DNA of 47,879 nt from an uncultured Candidatus Peribacteria bacterium (GTDB taxonomy: Bacteria > Patescibacteriota > Gracilibacteria > RBG-16-42-10): NCBI GenBank assembly GCA_964514565.1, contig CAZERA010000006.1, forward strand, positions 1-47,879, given 5' to 3'. Below, piece after piece: positions 1-9,333 of the stretch (positions are counted from its first letter, which is position 1; every line of letters begins with the position of its first letter). The notes below the pieces were generated by a model, which saw nothing but the letters and a program-made list of their open reading frames with translations, was not told where the DNA came from and ran no database searches. The position numbers and the translations under genes are program-made.

Positions 1-54
1 CCTGCGACTTCCTGCTCCCAAAGCAGGCGCTCTAGCCAACTGAGCCATACCCCG
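1..54 (-). tRNA. tRNA-Pro(TGG), 3' part cut off by window edge
   Basis: Reverse complement CGGGGTATGGCTCAGTTGGCTAGAGCG-CCTGC-TTTGGGA-GCAGG-AAGTCGCAGG: D arm, anticodon stem with TGG, start of T arm. Confidence 0.93.
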
Positions 55-130
55 ATATGTGATCAGGATAACTACAAGGATTTAAACTAACATATCCTCA
101 TACTTATCCTCCGAGCGTCTAGTGCTCGTG

Positions 131-204
131 TGGAGCGGGTAATGGGAATTGAACCCATCTCTACTGCTTGGAAGGCAGTCATAATACCGCTATACTATAC
201 CCGC
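131..204 (-). tRNA. tRNA-Gly(TCC), CCA encoded
   Basis: Reverse complement GCGGGTA...ACTGC-CTTCCAA-GCAGT...GGTTCAATTCC...TACCCGC-T-CCA forms a full cloverleaf. Confidence 0.96.
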
Positions 205-215
205 AAGGCAGAAGG

Positions 216-243
216 ATTATAACGAAGCGAAGTACAAATGCAA
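216..243 (-). promoter_or_regulatory. sigma70-type promoter for tRNA-Gly/tRNA-Pro
   Basis: Minus strand TTGCAT-16 nt-TATAAT, about 12 nt upstream of the tRNA-Gly 5' end. Confidence 0.7.
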
Positions 244-262
244 GACCTGATGAGAATAATTT

Positions 263-937
263 CTATTGGGTCTCTTTTTGGAGCCTTACAATATAGTGAT
301 CTGGGCAATTTAGAGTATTTGTACGATGATTCCATTTCGTTAAAGTTTCATCGCGATGCGGATTGATTGTGCTTTCAACAAGTATTGTCTGAGGTAATTT
401 AGTGAAGGTCCTCTCGACTAATTTATATTCAGTTTCGTTATAAACGGTAATAAGTATTTGGCTTTGATCACTAGATCTACTCCAAGCGTTGGCCACCATT
501 GCGTACCAAATATCATCATTCCGAGACCATTCGTCTTCACCGTGTTGCCAGATTTCTGGATGTCTTAGCAATACCAAATCAACTTGAGTTGGGTAATGAC
601 GAATAATTCGAGGGTCAGCTGCATTACTACTTATGTATGTAGTATTTTGATCAGGGTGAGTTGTCGCTGCCCATTTGATCGCTCCACTGTCACAATCTAC
701 CGCTATATGTTTGTGTTCTCTTTTGGCTTCAGTGAAACAAGCAGCTATATCGTCTGTATCGTCGCCTCTTCGGCATCCTAAGTTTACTAGTGTGTATGGA
801 CTAGTTGTTGCTGCAGGCAATGTCTCAGTTAGTACAGCATTGAGCAACCTTCTAAATGCCATTTTTCTCAAGTAGTCTTTTGTAACTATTTCGTGCAGAT
901 CTTCTAGTCCTGGTGGAACACCTAATATGTCACTCAT
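263..937 (-). CDS. class I SAM-dependent methyltransferase-like protein (divergent)
   Basis: LVNLGCRRGDD resembles motif I (LDLGCGxG); IAVDCDSGAIKWA resembles the post-I acidic motif; NAAD and VDLVLLRHP follow in Rossmann order. Confidence 0.55.
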   Translation of the reverse strand: MSDILGVPPGLEDLHEIVTKDYLRKMAFRRLLNAVLTETLPAATTSPYTLVNLGCRRGDDTDDIAACFTEAKREHKHIAVDCDSGAIKWAATTHPDQNTTYISSNAADPRIIRHYPTQVDLVLLRHPEIWQHGEDEWSRNDDIWYAMVANAWSRSSDQSQILITVYNETEYKLVERTFTKLPQTILVESTINPHRDETLTKWNHRTNTLNCPDHYIVRLQKETQ

Positions 938-984
938 AAGTTATTTTTAGGTCAGAGTGTACTACATTTCGAAATCCTCTCCAA

Positions 985-1027
985 CCTAAAAATTCCCTAA
1001 GGCACAAACCCTTTGGGAATTCTTAGG
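985..1027 (-). terminator. imperfect hairpin downstream of hup
   Basis: CCTAAAAATTCCCTAAGG...CCTTTGGGAATTCTTAGG inverted repeat 20 nt past the hup stop; no clear U tract. Confidence 0.45.
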
Positions 1028-1047
1028 CGTCTTGATCAAAAATCTGA

Positions 1048-1323
1048 TTAACGTACAGATTCTTTGAGAGATTTACCAGCTTTGAAATGTGGAGTCTTCA
1101 TAGCAGGGATCTTGATCTTTTGAGTTGGGTTGCGAGGATTAACACCAGTACGTGCATTGCGTTTACTTACGCTGAATGTACCGAAACCAGTAATAGTTAC
1201 CTTACCACCTTTAGACAAAGTTTTAGAAATAGAATCCAAAACAGCAGAAAGAGCTGAAGCAGCTGCATTCTTAGTTACTTTTGCTTGTGTAGCAATTGAG
1301 TTGATGAGATCTTGTTTAGTCAT
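1048..1323 (-). CDS. hup: HU family DNA-binding protein
   Basis: MTKQDLI, GFGTF, RTGVNPRN, KTPHFKAGKSLKE; strong SD AAAGGAGGTGA upstream. Confidence 0.96.
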   Translation of the reverse strand: MTKQDLINSIATQAKVTKNAAASALSAVLDSISKTLSKGGKVTITGFGTFSVSKRNARTGVNPRNPTQKIKIPAMKTPHFKAGKSLKESVR

Positions 1324-1435
1324 GTTGAGTCACCTCCTTTCAGCATATAAATTTATCTATATTAAATTCAACACAGATAGCATACCGAAGCCATCTAAGC
1401 ATAGTAAAAAGCTGGTGTCAACATCACAAATGGCT

Positions 1436-2554
1436 TTAGAATTTGATTTTTTTGTGTCTCATGATAATGCTCTCTAGTAATCCGAGGCCTATATAGGCCG
1501 TAATCATGTGACTACCACCATAGCTGACAAAAGAGAGAGGTACTCCGGTGACCGGAAGCAAGCCAATATTCATGCCTATGTTTTCTACCATGTGGAAGAA
1601 AAACATACCGAGTAAACCGGTGGCCATTAACTTTCCGAATGCATCTTGCGCAACAGTTGCTACACGTATAGTTCGCATTAAAAACAAGACAAAAAGCAGA
1701 ATCAGAATTGAAGCTCCCAAAAACCCCATTGATTCAGCAATATTAGCAAAAATAAAATCGGATTCTTTTACCGGTAGATAGTTGAGCCTAGACTGCCATC
1801 CCCTACCCACACCTGCTCCTAGGCCTTGGCCCGAACCTACTGCTATCAAAGCTTGATCTACTTGGTAACCACTATCGCGGTGATGAAGTGATGTGAGAAA
1901 CAAATGATCTGGATAAACGGAAATGCGTTGAAACTGATAACTATCATGGCCTACTACTTGGAGTAAGGCAAAAAGTGAGATACTCGCAAAAGCAATACCA
2001 GCAAGCATGAAAGTAATAATTTGCTTGAGGGGGAGATTGAGTGCCAATACAATAATGACCCAAATTGTGGTGTAACTTAGGGCTGTACCAAGATCAGGCT
2101 GCCTTAATACTAAGACCAATACAGGTAGTAGGATCAAAAGTGACACTAAGACATCTCTAATACTGTGAAATGACTTCTTGCTCCAATACCTTGCCAACAT
2201 AATGATAAAAGGAATTTTTACCAACTCTGATGGTTGGAGTTGGAGGGGGCCTATTTCAAACCAGCCACGAGTGCCATTGCGAGTAACACCAAATATCAAG
2301 ACGGCAAGTAATAGTGCTAGTGATAGTCCATAAAAAGCATAAGCAGGTGTGCGCCAAGTTCGGTAGTCACTATTGGCCACTACAAATACTAAGATGATTC
2401 CCACTATCAAAAAAGCAATCTGCTTGCTAGAAATACTAGAAAGAAAATTGCTTCCGATATCGTGTCCAACTAAAACTACTAAGCCGAAGAGACTGAGTAC
2501 TACAGCGCTATAAAACAACCACCAATCAAACTCACGCCACAGTTGTTTGAACAT
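1436..2554 (-). CDS. rodA: SEDS family rod shape-determining protein RodA
   Basis: Multi-TM protein with LQPSELVK, QPDLGT, GYQVDQALIAVGSG, SDFIF and PLSFVSYGGS. Confidence 0.88.
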   Translation of the reverse strand: MFKQLWREFDWWLFYSAVVLSLFGLVVLVGHDIGSNFLSSISSKQIAFLIVGIILVFVVANSDYRTWRTPAYAFYGLSLALLLAVLIFGVTRNGTRGWFEIGPLQLQPSELVKIPFIIMLARYWSKKSFHSIRDVLVSLLILLPVLVLVLRQPDLGTALSYTTIWVIIVLALNLPLKQIITFMLAGIAFASISLFALLQVVGHDSYQFQRISVYPDHLFLTSLHHRDSGYQVDQALIAVGSGQGLGAGVGRGWQSRLNYLPVKESDFIFANIAESMGFLGASILILLFVLFLMRTIRVATVAQDAFGKLMATGLLGMFFFHMVENIGMNIGLLPVTGVPLSFVSYGGSHMITAYIGLGLLESIIMRHKKIKF

Positions 2555-2560
2555 CAATTA

Positions 2561-2923
2561 TTATGCGGCTGCGACTACTTGTTCTTCCTTGAGACGAGCA
2601 GCTTTACCGACTAGTTTACGGATATAATAAAGCTTAGCACGACGAACATGAGCGTGTTTTACTACTTCGATTTTTTCAATCATGGTTGAAGTAAGTGGGA
2701 AGATGCGTTCTACACCTACACCTGAAGCAATCTTACGAACAGTAATAGTCATCTGAAGAGGACTTTTGTTGTGTTTAGCAATTACTAAACCTTCAAAAAT
2801 CTGCACACGTTGTTTTTTACCTTCAGTAATCTTTTGATACACTTTCACAGTATCACCTGGCATGATTGCAGGTAAGTTGGGGTTCTTGATATTGCGTTGG
2901 AGGAAATTAAACACTTTAGACAT
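2561..2923 (-). CDS. rplS: 50S ribosomal protein L19
   Basis: [38 protein letters not shown]; promoter-like TTGATT-17-TACAAT upstream (about 2952-2980). Confidence 0.97.
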   Translation of the reverse strand: MSKVFNFLQRNIKNPNLPAIMPGDTVKVYQKITEGKKQRVQIFEGLVIAKHNKSPLQMTITVRKIASGVGVERIFPLTSTMIEKIEVVKHAHVRRAKLYYIRKLVGKAARLKEEQVVAAA

Positions 2924-2973
2924 AGAATAAGCTGTGAATCAAAATCGGGGGGATTGTAACTGGAAGAGCACAA

Positions 2974-3543
2974 TTAATCAAGATTATTGAGAATATCTTG
3001 TACCTGTGAGAGGTCTTCTGCTTGAGCCTGAGCCTTTTGTTGTTGTGCAGCAGGATCTGGTGCAGCTGTTTGTTCGTATTTTTTCTGAATTTCGGCCATT
3101 TTTTCGTTGTGTTCTTTGTGCAACTTAGCAAAACGTTCTTGCTCGTTTTCAAATACTTGCATCAATTGATTGACCTGCTCTTGAGAGATTTTGCCGATGG
3201 CAATATCTAAGAAATAGATCTTCTCAGCATAGGTTAGTGAATAAGAAGAAGAAACAAGCTCTAATAATCGCTGAGGATTAAATTGAAGATTATTGGCAGC
3301 GATAGCATGTTTGCTGAGAGCTGCGTGCTTTGATTTGGTCTCTTCATCTGAAAAGATTGAAAGACATTCATCATCGCGCGGATCAGCACTTTTCCCGACT
3401 GGAAAGAGTGGAGCCATAGGGTCTACTGGCGGTTGTCCGCCAGCTTGGCCTGATGTAGAGCCATTGGAAACAGGAGTTTGATTGTTCATCAGGGGATCAT
3501 TTTGCCCTGATGATAATGGAGATGAAGCGTTTGGTTCAGACAT
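2974..3543 (-). CDS. hypothetical protein, low-complexity N-terminus and coiled-coil C-terminus
   Basis: 189-aa ORF co-oriented with its neighbours; S/P/G/Q-rich start and Q/E/K-rich helical end. Confidence 0.75.
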   Translation of the reverse strand: MSEPNASSPLSSGQNDPLMNNQTPVSNGSTSGQAGGQPPVDPMAPLFPVGKSADPRDDECLSIFSDEETKSKHAALSKHAIAANNLQFNPQRLLELVSSSYSLTYAEKIYFLDIAIGKISQEQVNQLMQVFENEQERFAKLHKEHNEKMAEIQKKYEQTAAPDPAAQQQKAQAQAEDLSQVQDILNNLD

Positions 3544-3582
3544 ATATAAACTTTACGATTTCTATTTAAGCATATCTTGTGC

Positions 3583-5982
3583 TTAAGCACCAATACGAGC
3601 GAGAATTTCTTGATTTACAAACTCCCGTCTTGCGCCATATTTGAGGCGTGATAACTCCTTTATGGCTTGTGCGAGCTTTTTATTGCCTGGCCCACTCACT
3701 TCCCATGGCTTAATTACATTGAGAGTAAATGGTCGAGTAGGTTTGTTATTGACTGATAATTTGAGCGCTGCTTTGAAGTCACCGATATTGAGTAAATCTT
3801 GTTCAGAAAAAACTGGTGCCATTTCTTTACCAATCATCTCAGCGCTATCTACACCGATTTTGTAAGCTAGAATCGATCCTACGTTACCAAATACTGCATC
3901 GCGAATCTTGGTGTCATTGTTGTTTCTGACCAGCTGAGGAATGAACTGATGAGCCATCACCATACCTAGTCGATACTTACGGGCCTCAGATAAAATCACC
4001 TCGACACTATTGGTGACGAAGTTTTGAAATTCATCGATATACAAGAAGAAGTCACTTTTTTCACCATATACTCTGCGCATAGCAGCCACTTGGAGCTTGG
4101 CTACGATAATCATACCTAGCAAGCTGGCATTGAAGTCCCCTACCAAACCTTTACAGAGATTTACTAGCAGGATCTTTTTGTTGTTCATGATGTCTGAGAA
4201 ATCAAAGGCTGATTTGGGTTGGCCCAAGATATTGCGCATCAAAGTATTGGTGATGAAAGCACCAAATTTGGCTGCAAAATAAGGGATCATTTCTTGTTTT
4301 TCTCGAGCTCCAGTCATCGCCATCTGTTTGTTCCAGAAGGATTTGACGATTGGATTCTGAACCTTGGATACCTTGAATGCTTGCCAGTCATCGTCAGTAA
4401 AAAGACGCACGATATCGGTGATACAGCCACCTTGAGGATCATCCATCAAAGTAAGACATCCATTACGGAAGTAATCTTGTAAGCGTGGCGAAAAGATTTC
4501 CTCGCCATACAATTTGATCATGATATTGAGGGCCTCAGTAGAGATGAAATCTTTTTCTTCAGGTGTACTGGCCTCGAGTAGGTTCAGTCCCATTGGGCGC
4601 TCTGTGTCCCCTGGGTTGAAGTAAACGACATCTTGGACCCGTGATTTGGGAATGAAAGGAAGAATATCTTCAATCAGATCTCCATGAGGATCGATCACAC
4701 AGAACCCATGTCCTAGCTGTAAATCCTGACGGATCATGGTTTGCAGAATGGTAGATTTGCCAGTACCTGTTTGTCCAATTACATAAAAATGACGGAAGCG
4801 ATCACTATGACGCAAGCGTACTTCTTTTACTTCACCACGATAGACATTGTAACCAAGCAAAATACCATCTTTGGGCAAATCAGATGGCGCTGGTGCGATT
4901 TTGAATGCTTGCCAGAAAATAGCTGGGCTAGTGTTGAAACGAGTGTTGGGAATATGAAATAAACTGACTATTTCTTCAGTGCCAAGTGTTAAGGTCGGTA
5001 CGAGTGGAGTGAGCTTGCGCAGTAAAAAGTATTTCTCAATCTTTTGTTTATTGAGATATTTCTTTACCTCCATTTGATTCAAGTCGATACTGCTAAACTG
5101 ATTGAGCGAAGCCAAGATGTTTTTCATTTGTAACTTGGCTGCTTGTTTGTCGCCACTACTTACGATGATGCGGATGTTGGTGGCAAAGTTATTGTGATTG
5201 AGTTTAGCTTCAATCAGTTTTACTCGTTCTTCTTCACGAGGAGTTAGTCTTTTAGGTTCCTTTTTACTAGTACTAACGTCGACGAAGAAATCCCATATAG
5301 CGATGAATGGGCGGATCAGGGGGATACCTTTGGGACCGGATTTGCCTTGAAATAAATCTTTGGCCATTTTTTTCCCTTTCTTGAGTGTGCGTTTGGTAGG
5401 AGCGGCCATACAGATCTGAATACTAGCCATTTCATTTTCCGCTAGTTTACTGAGGGCATTGGTGATGGCATTAAGTGGATCTGATTCAAGTTGATTGTAG
5501 GTCTTGATCGGTAAATAATGGGCTGCTTTCATCGTCAGCTGCACGCTTTCTGTGAATGTATTGGCTTGAAATAATGGATACTCATCTACTATATCTACAG
5601 TAGCGTCCGCATAGTAAGAGGTGAGCTGTTTCTCAACTACAGTTTCCCAGCCTTGGGGCACTACTATATAAAAGTAAATCAAGTGTTTTTCTACTACACA
5701 CTCAAAAGTAATAGTGTCGGGATATTTCCATACCTGATACCACTTACGTTTGATCATTCCTCCTAGATTGGTGAGGAGTTGTTCCATAATACTAATACTC
5801 TCTTTGAAATCCTTTTCGCGATCTTTACTACGTTCATGATCTTTGGGATCTTCTGCTCTTGGTACACTTATACGAAGGAACACTAACTGCAAAGTAGACT
5901 GAATTGCCCAGTATTGGCGTATCGCAAAGATAATACTTGCCGCTATTAGTCCGAGGACGATAATGAAAAGCACATATGACAT
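3583..5982 (-). CDS. membrane-anchored TraG/VirD4/HerA-like P-loop ATPase (T4SS coupling-protein-like)
   Basis: N-terminal TM helix; Walker A RHFYVIGQTGTGKS; VIDPHGDL; Walker B FLYIDEFQNF; LSEARKYRLG; AHQ. Start taken at ATG 5982 because the longer ORF overlaps the RNHCP gene. Confidence 0.85.
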   Translation of the reverse strand: MSYVLFIIVLGLIAASIIFAIRQYWAIQSTLQLVFLRISVPRAEDPKDHERSKDREKDFKESISIMEQLLTNLGGMIKRKWYQVWKYPDTITFECVVEKHLIYFYIVVPQGWETVVEKQLTSYYADATVDIVDEYPLFQANTFTESVQLTMKAAHYLPIKTYNQLESDPLNAITNALSKLAENEMASIQICMAAPTKRTLKKGKKMAKDLFQGKSGPKGIPLIRPFIAIWDFFVDVSTSKKEPKRLTPREEERVKLIEAKLNHNNFATNIRIIVSSGDKQAAKLQMKNILASLNQFSSIDLNQMEVKKYLNKQKIEKYFLLRKLTPLVPTLTLGTEEIVSLFHIPNTRFNTSPAIFWQAFKIAPAPSDLPKDGILLGYNVYRGEVKEVRLRHSDRFRHFYVIGQTGTGKSTILQTMIRQDLQLGHGFCVIDPHGDLIEDILPFIPKSRVQDVVYFNPGDTERPMGLNLLEASTPEEKDFISTEALNIMIKLYGEEIFSPRLQDYFRNGCLTLMDDPQGGCITDIVRLFTDDDWQAFKVSKVQNPIVKSFWNKQMAMTGAREKQEMIPYFAAKFGAFITNTLMRNILGQPKSAFDFSDIMNNKKILLVNLCKGLVGDFNASLLGMIIVAKLQVAAMRRVYGEKSDFFLYIDEFQNFVTNSVEVILSEARKYRLGMVMAHQFIPQLVRNNNDTKIRDAVFGNVGSILAYKIGVDSAEMIGKEMAPVFSEQDLLNIGDFKAALKLSVNNKPTRPFTLNVIKPWEVSGPGNKKLAQAIKELSRLKYGARREFVNQEILARIGA

Positions 5983-6034
5983 GCCCGAAAAATAAGGTAC
6001 ACTTCTATTGTAAACTAGCTTTAGCGAGAAGTAC

Positions 6035-6370
6035 ATGAAAACAACGCATCGTGATGAAGAATTTGAGTGCCAAAATTGCCACCTGATGGTCCCACGTCGT
6101 GGTGGTGGATATTGTCGCAATCATTGTCCCAATTGTCTGTACTCATTTCATGTGGACTTGAAGCTACCAGGAGACCGTAAATGTACTTGTGAAAGCTTGA
6201 TGAAGCCGGTGGATGTGATTTACAAATCCAATAAGCAAACATATCAGATTATTCATGAATGTCTCAAGTGTCATTATCGTCATCCAGTAACTGTAGCTAA
6301 AGATGATAATAAAGAGCTGATTTATAAGCTTACTCAAGAGTTTGCTGAACGCAAGATGATGGAGTTTTAA
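6035..6370 (+). CDS. RNHCP domain-containing protein (Cys/His, probable Zn binding)
   Basis: FECQNC...CRNHCPNCLYSFHVD..PGDR.C.C...M.P...HECLKC contains the signature RNHCP motif. Confidence 0.9.
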   Translation: MKTTHRDEEFECQNCHLMVPRRGGGYCRNHCPNCLYSFHVDLKLPGDRKCTCESLMKPVDVIYKSNKQTYQIIHECLKCHYRHPVTVAKDDNKELIYKLTQEFAERKMMEF

Positions 6371-6939
6371 GCTTTCTGAAAAGATTTAGCTAAAGCAATT
6401 TGGACTGCTGAACGATGTTTTTGCATTTCTAGCTCAACTAATAATGGTGTCAGGGCATCTTTGCATGCTTTTAAAAGCTGCGTATCTTTCTGAAAATCAA
6501 AATGTGAGTTGAGGTCAGTTACTATTGTTTCTTTGTCGGTGGCTGCAACTTTAATCTTTGCTAAATCTTTGTTTGTTGCATCGCTAATAACTGTAAAGGT
6601 AATCGATTTTACTTCATCTGTAGCTGTAGGTGAGAAAAGATCAATGTAACTACAGTCAAATTTCAAAGTCCATTCAGTAATAGGTCCGAGCGAGGTAGGA
6701 ATGGTTTGCTGAGTAGCGCTAATATGCCATGGCGTTTTTGCTTGAGGTGAACAACTGGTGATTAGTGGTATACGTTTTGAGGACATCATGTCAGTTGATG
6801 GTTCATAGGTGGGAGCATGAACTAACTCATCTGCATCCAGTAGACTTTCAACTGTGGCTACTATCATCAAAGCATACTGACTTAATTGGCTTTGCAGTTT
6901 TTCAATCGAAGAATATGTTTCAATACTTTGGGGGGTCAT
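6367..6939 (-). CDS. hypothetical protein
   Basis: About 190-200 aa ORF; TTGACA...TATGGT promoter-like signal at about 6959-6988 favours the ATG at 6939. Confidence 0.6.
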   Translation of the reverse strand: MTPQSIETYSSIEKLQSQLSQYALMIVATVESLLDADELVHAPTYEPSTDMMSSKRIPLITSCSPQAKTPWHISATQQTIPTSLGPITEWTLKFDCSYIDLFSPTATDEVKSITFTVISDATNKDLAKIKVAATDKETIVTDLNSHFDFQKDTQLLKACKDALTPLLVELEMQKHRSAVQIALAKSFQKA

Positions 6940-7023
6940 AGAGAACAATTGGGGTGGCACCATAGTTGAGCACCCCAAAGATTGTCAATTCTCTTTATGT
7001 TTATTGAAAGAAGCAATTCCGAA

Positions 7024-7365
7024 TTAGCTTAATAAAATAGCGATCACTCCAAACTGCTTTTCTTCGCTGGGATCATAATACTGACTGGTGTCTAATGTTG
7101 CCTCTTCACTACTGGTATTAACTGGATATCCTGCGTCTACCAACGAAATATTTTTAAACAATTCCGCTAGTGCAGGATACTTACTAATATCTTTGATTGT
7201 TTTAATAATCATGTTGTCGGGTATGTCGTTGTTAATAAATTGAATATGATCACCTACTGTTAGTTTCTGTCGTTTGGGATCATTGAGGCGCACTTCAATA
7301 GTTTTTGTCCCATTGGCTATTTGTTCAAAACGTAGCGCTCGGAGATGCATTGTGTGGGTATTCAT
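7024..7365 (-). CDS. ASCH domain-containing protein
   Basis: FEQIANGTKTIEVRLNDPKR (GxKxxExR), VGDHIQF, YDPSEEKQFGVIAI. Confidence 0.9.
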   Translation of the reverse strand: MNTHTMHLRALRFEQIANGTKTIEVRLNDPKRQKLTVGDHIQFINNDIPDNMIIKTIKDISKYPALAELFKNISLVDAGYPVNTSSEEATLDTSQYYDPSEEKQFGVIAILLS

Positions 7366-7526
7366 GCGTTGATTTGAAAGATTAATGCGAAGTTACTAGT
7401 ACTCATAGTGCAATTCAAGTTAAATTATTTTCACTTATTGGCGATATGATGTCGTCGTGATTGTAGTAGCCAGAATGTGAGATATAAGCTACTCTCTGCC
7501 TCGATCTAATCTTGTTTGCGATTTTT

Positions 7527-8993
7527 ATGGCTCAGGACACTATTGTTAGCTTCGATACAGTTGCGTTTACTTATGATGATGATCATCAAATTCTTGATGA
7601 TGTGGATTTCTCAGTGCGTCGGGGAAGTAAGGTCACAATCATGGGACAAAATGGTGCTGGCAAGAGTACCATATTTAAGCTTATTACTAAGCAATATACT
7701 GCCAACGATGGTAGGGTAAATATTGTGCCGGGACTGACCATTGCAATTGCTCCTCAGGTAACACCTCAAGAAGACCGTGAGCTAACAGTAAAAGCTTTTT
7801 TTGAGAAATACTATAAAGAAAAAGCTTATGATATTGATCGTAAAATTGATGATGTATTAGCAATTGTAAATGTGCATGCGCCAAAGGATCGAATTATTAA
7901 ATCTTTCTCCGGTGGTCAACAGGCTCGGTTGTTGTTGGCTTCAGCTTTGATTCAAGATCCAGATTTGTTGTTATTGGATGAGCCTACTAATAATCTTGAT
8001 CATGCAGGTATTGATCATTTGATGGAGTTTATTATCAATTATCCCAAGACTTGTATTGTTATTTCCCATGATGCTGACTTTTTGAATTCATTTACTGATG
8101 GAGTCCTCTATCTCGATGTATTTACAAAGAAAGTAGAACAATACGTTGGTAACTACTTTGATGTAGTAGAGCAAATCGAGATTCGTAAACAAAAGGAAAA
8201 TAGTAAAAACGCACAGCTAGCGAAAGGTATTCAAGAAAAGCGCGACAAAGCTAATGTATTTGCCCACAAAGGAGGTAAAATGCGTGCTGTGGCCAAACGT
8301 ATGAACCGTTTAGCGGATGAGCTAGAAGATGATGTAGTGGAGGTGCGTCGTGAAGATAAGACCATTCGTGAGTTCACTATCCCCTGTCAAGAAGGTATTA
8401 GTGGAGAGATCGTGACCATTAAGAGTTTCACTATTATTCAAAACCATGAGCCAGTGGTAAAGAAAGCAGATGTGATTTTACGTAAGAATCAACACCTCCT
8501 CCTTACTGGTCCCAACGGTATTGGCAAAAGTACTTTGTTGGAAGCTCTGGCTACAGGTGCTGCTAAAGGTGCAGTTATTGGTGAAGGTATTCGAGTGGGA
8601 TACTATCGTCAGGATTTTTCAACATTGAACTTTGAACACACAGTGCATCAGTCTATGTTGGATGCATTGGAATCTTCTGCTGATACTGGTAAGTCATTGG
8701 AAGAACAGTTGCGTTCAACTGCGGCTGGTTTCTTGATTACGTCGGCTATTATCAATAGTAAAATTGGTAATTTGTCTGAGGGTCAAAAAGGACTGGTCGC
8801 TTTTGCTCGTTTGGTACTACAAAGACCGGGTTTGTTAATTCTTGATGAGCCTACTAATCACATCAATTTTCGTCATTTACCAATTATTGCTAAGGCTTTG
8901 GATGAATATACTGGAGCAATGATTTTGGTATCTCACGTACCTGACTTTGTAATGCAAGTACGAATTGATAACGAACTTGATCTGACTAGATAG
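7527..8993 (+). CDS. ABC-F family ATPase (tandem NBDs, no TM domains)
   Basis: Walker A GQNGAGKS and GPNGIGKS; signatures FSGGQ and LSEGQ; LLLLDEPTNNLD and LILDEPTNH; charged interdomain linker. Confidence 0.93.
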   Translation: MAQDTIVSFDTVAFTYDDDHQILDDVDFSVRRGSKVTIMGQNGAGKSTIFKLITKQYTANDGRVNIVPGLTIAIAPQVTPQEDRELTVKAFFEKYYKEKAYDIDRKIDDVLAIVNVHAPKDRIIKSFSGGQQARLLLASALIQDPDLLLLDEPTNNLDHAGIDHLMEFIINYPKTCIVISHDADFLNSFTDGVLYLDVFTKKVEQYVGNYFDVVEQIEIRKQKENSKNAQLAKGIQEKRDKANVFAHKGGKMRAVAKRMNRLADELEDDVVEVRREDKTIREFTIPCQEGISGEIVTIKSFTIIQNHEPVVKKADVILRKNQHLLLTGPNGIGKSTLLEALATGAAKGAVIGEGIRVGYYRQDFSTLNFEHTVHQSMLDALESSADTGKSLEEQLRSTAAGFLITSAIINSKIGNLSEGQKGLVAFARLVLQRPGLLILDEPTNHINFRHLPIIAKALDEYTGAMILVSHVPDFVMQVRIDNELDLTR

Positions 8994-8996
8994 GGT

Positions 8997-9321
8997 TTAC
9001 TCCATCTGCTTCTTTATCTTTTGTTCAATACTAACCATAGTTTCTGCAAATGCAGTTTCTAGGTTGATATCTATTTTTTTTGGCTAAGACCAAGATAGCC
9101 CATAAGCAGTCGCTTAATTCATGAGCGATCTTTTGGTCGTGATTTTCGATTGTTCTGAAGTTGTTTTTCGCCATCACCAATTTCGCTAAGTCCCCTACAT
9201 CACCGACAAAGGCTTGCATATATTCTGCTGCTGACCAGTCAGGGCGGCCCTGAGTTCGATTGAGCTGCTTATATTGGTCCGCAATCTCTAATGCTTTTTG
9301 TTGTAATTGTTTTAATTCCAT
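8997..9321 (-). pseudogene. MazG-like nucleotide pyrophosphohydrolase, apparent +1 frameshift in an A8 tract
   Basis: AFVGDVGDLAK...HELSDCLWAILVLA matches the family. Removing one A from A8 (T8 at 9074-9081 on +) gives KKIDINLETAFAETMVSIEQKIKKQME* ending at 8997. Confidence 0.7.
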
Positions 9322-9333
9322 AAACTTAGTTAC

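Noticed and set aside
5983..6120. N-terminal extension of the ATPase ORF
   Set aside because: It overlaps the RNHCP gene antisense; ATG 5982 directly precedes the TM helix.
7527..8993. ABC-F as an antibiotic-resistance (ARE) protein
   Set aside because: The subfamily cannot be assigned by eye; housekeeping ABC-F is equally likely without a phylogeny.
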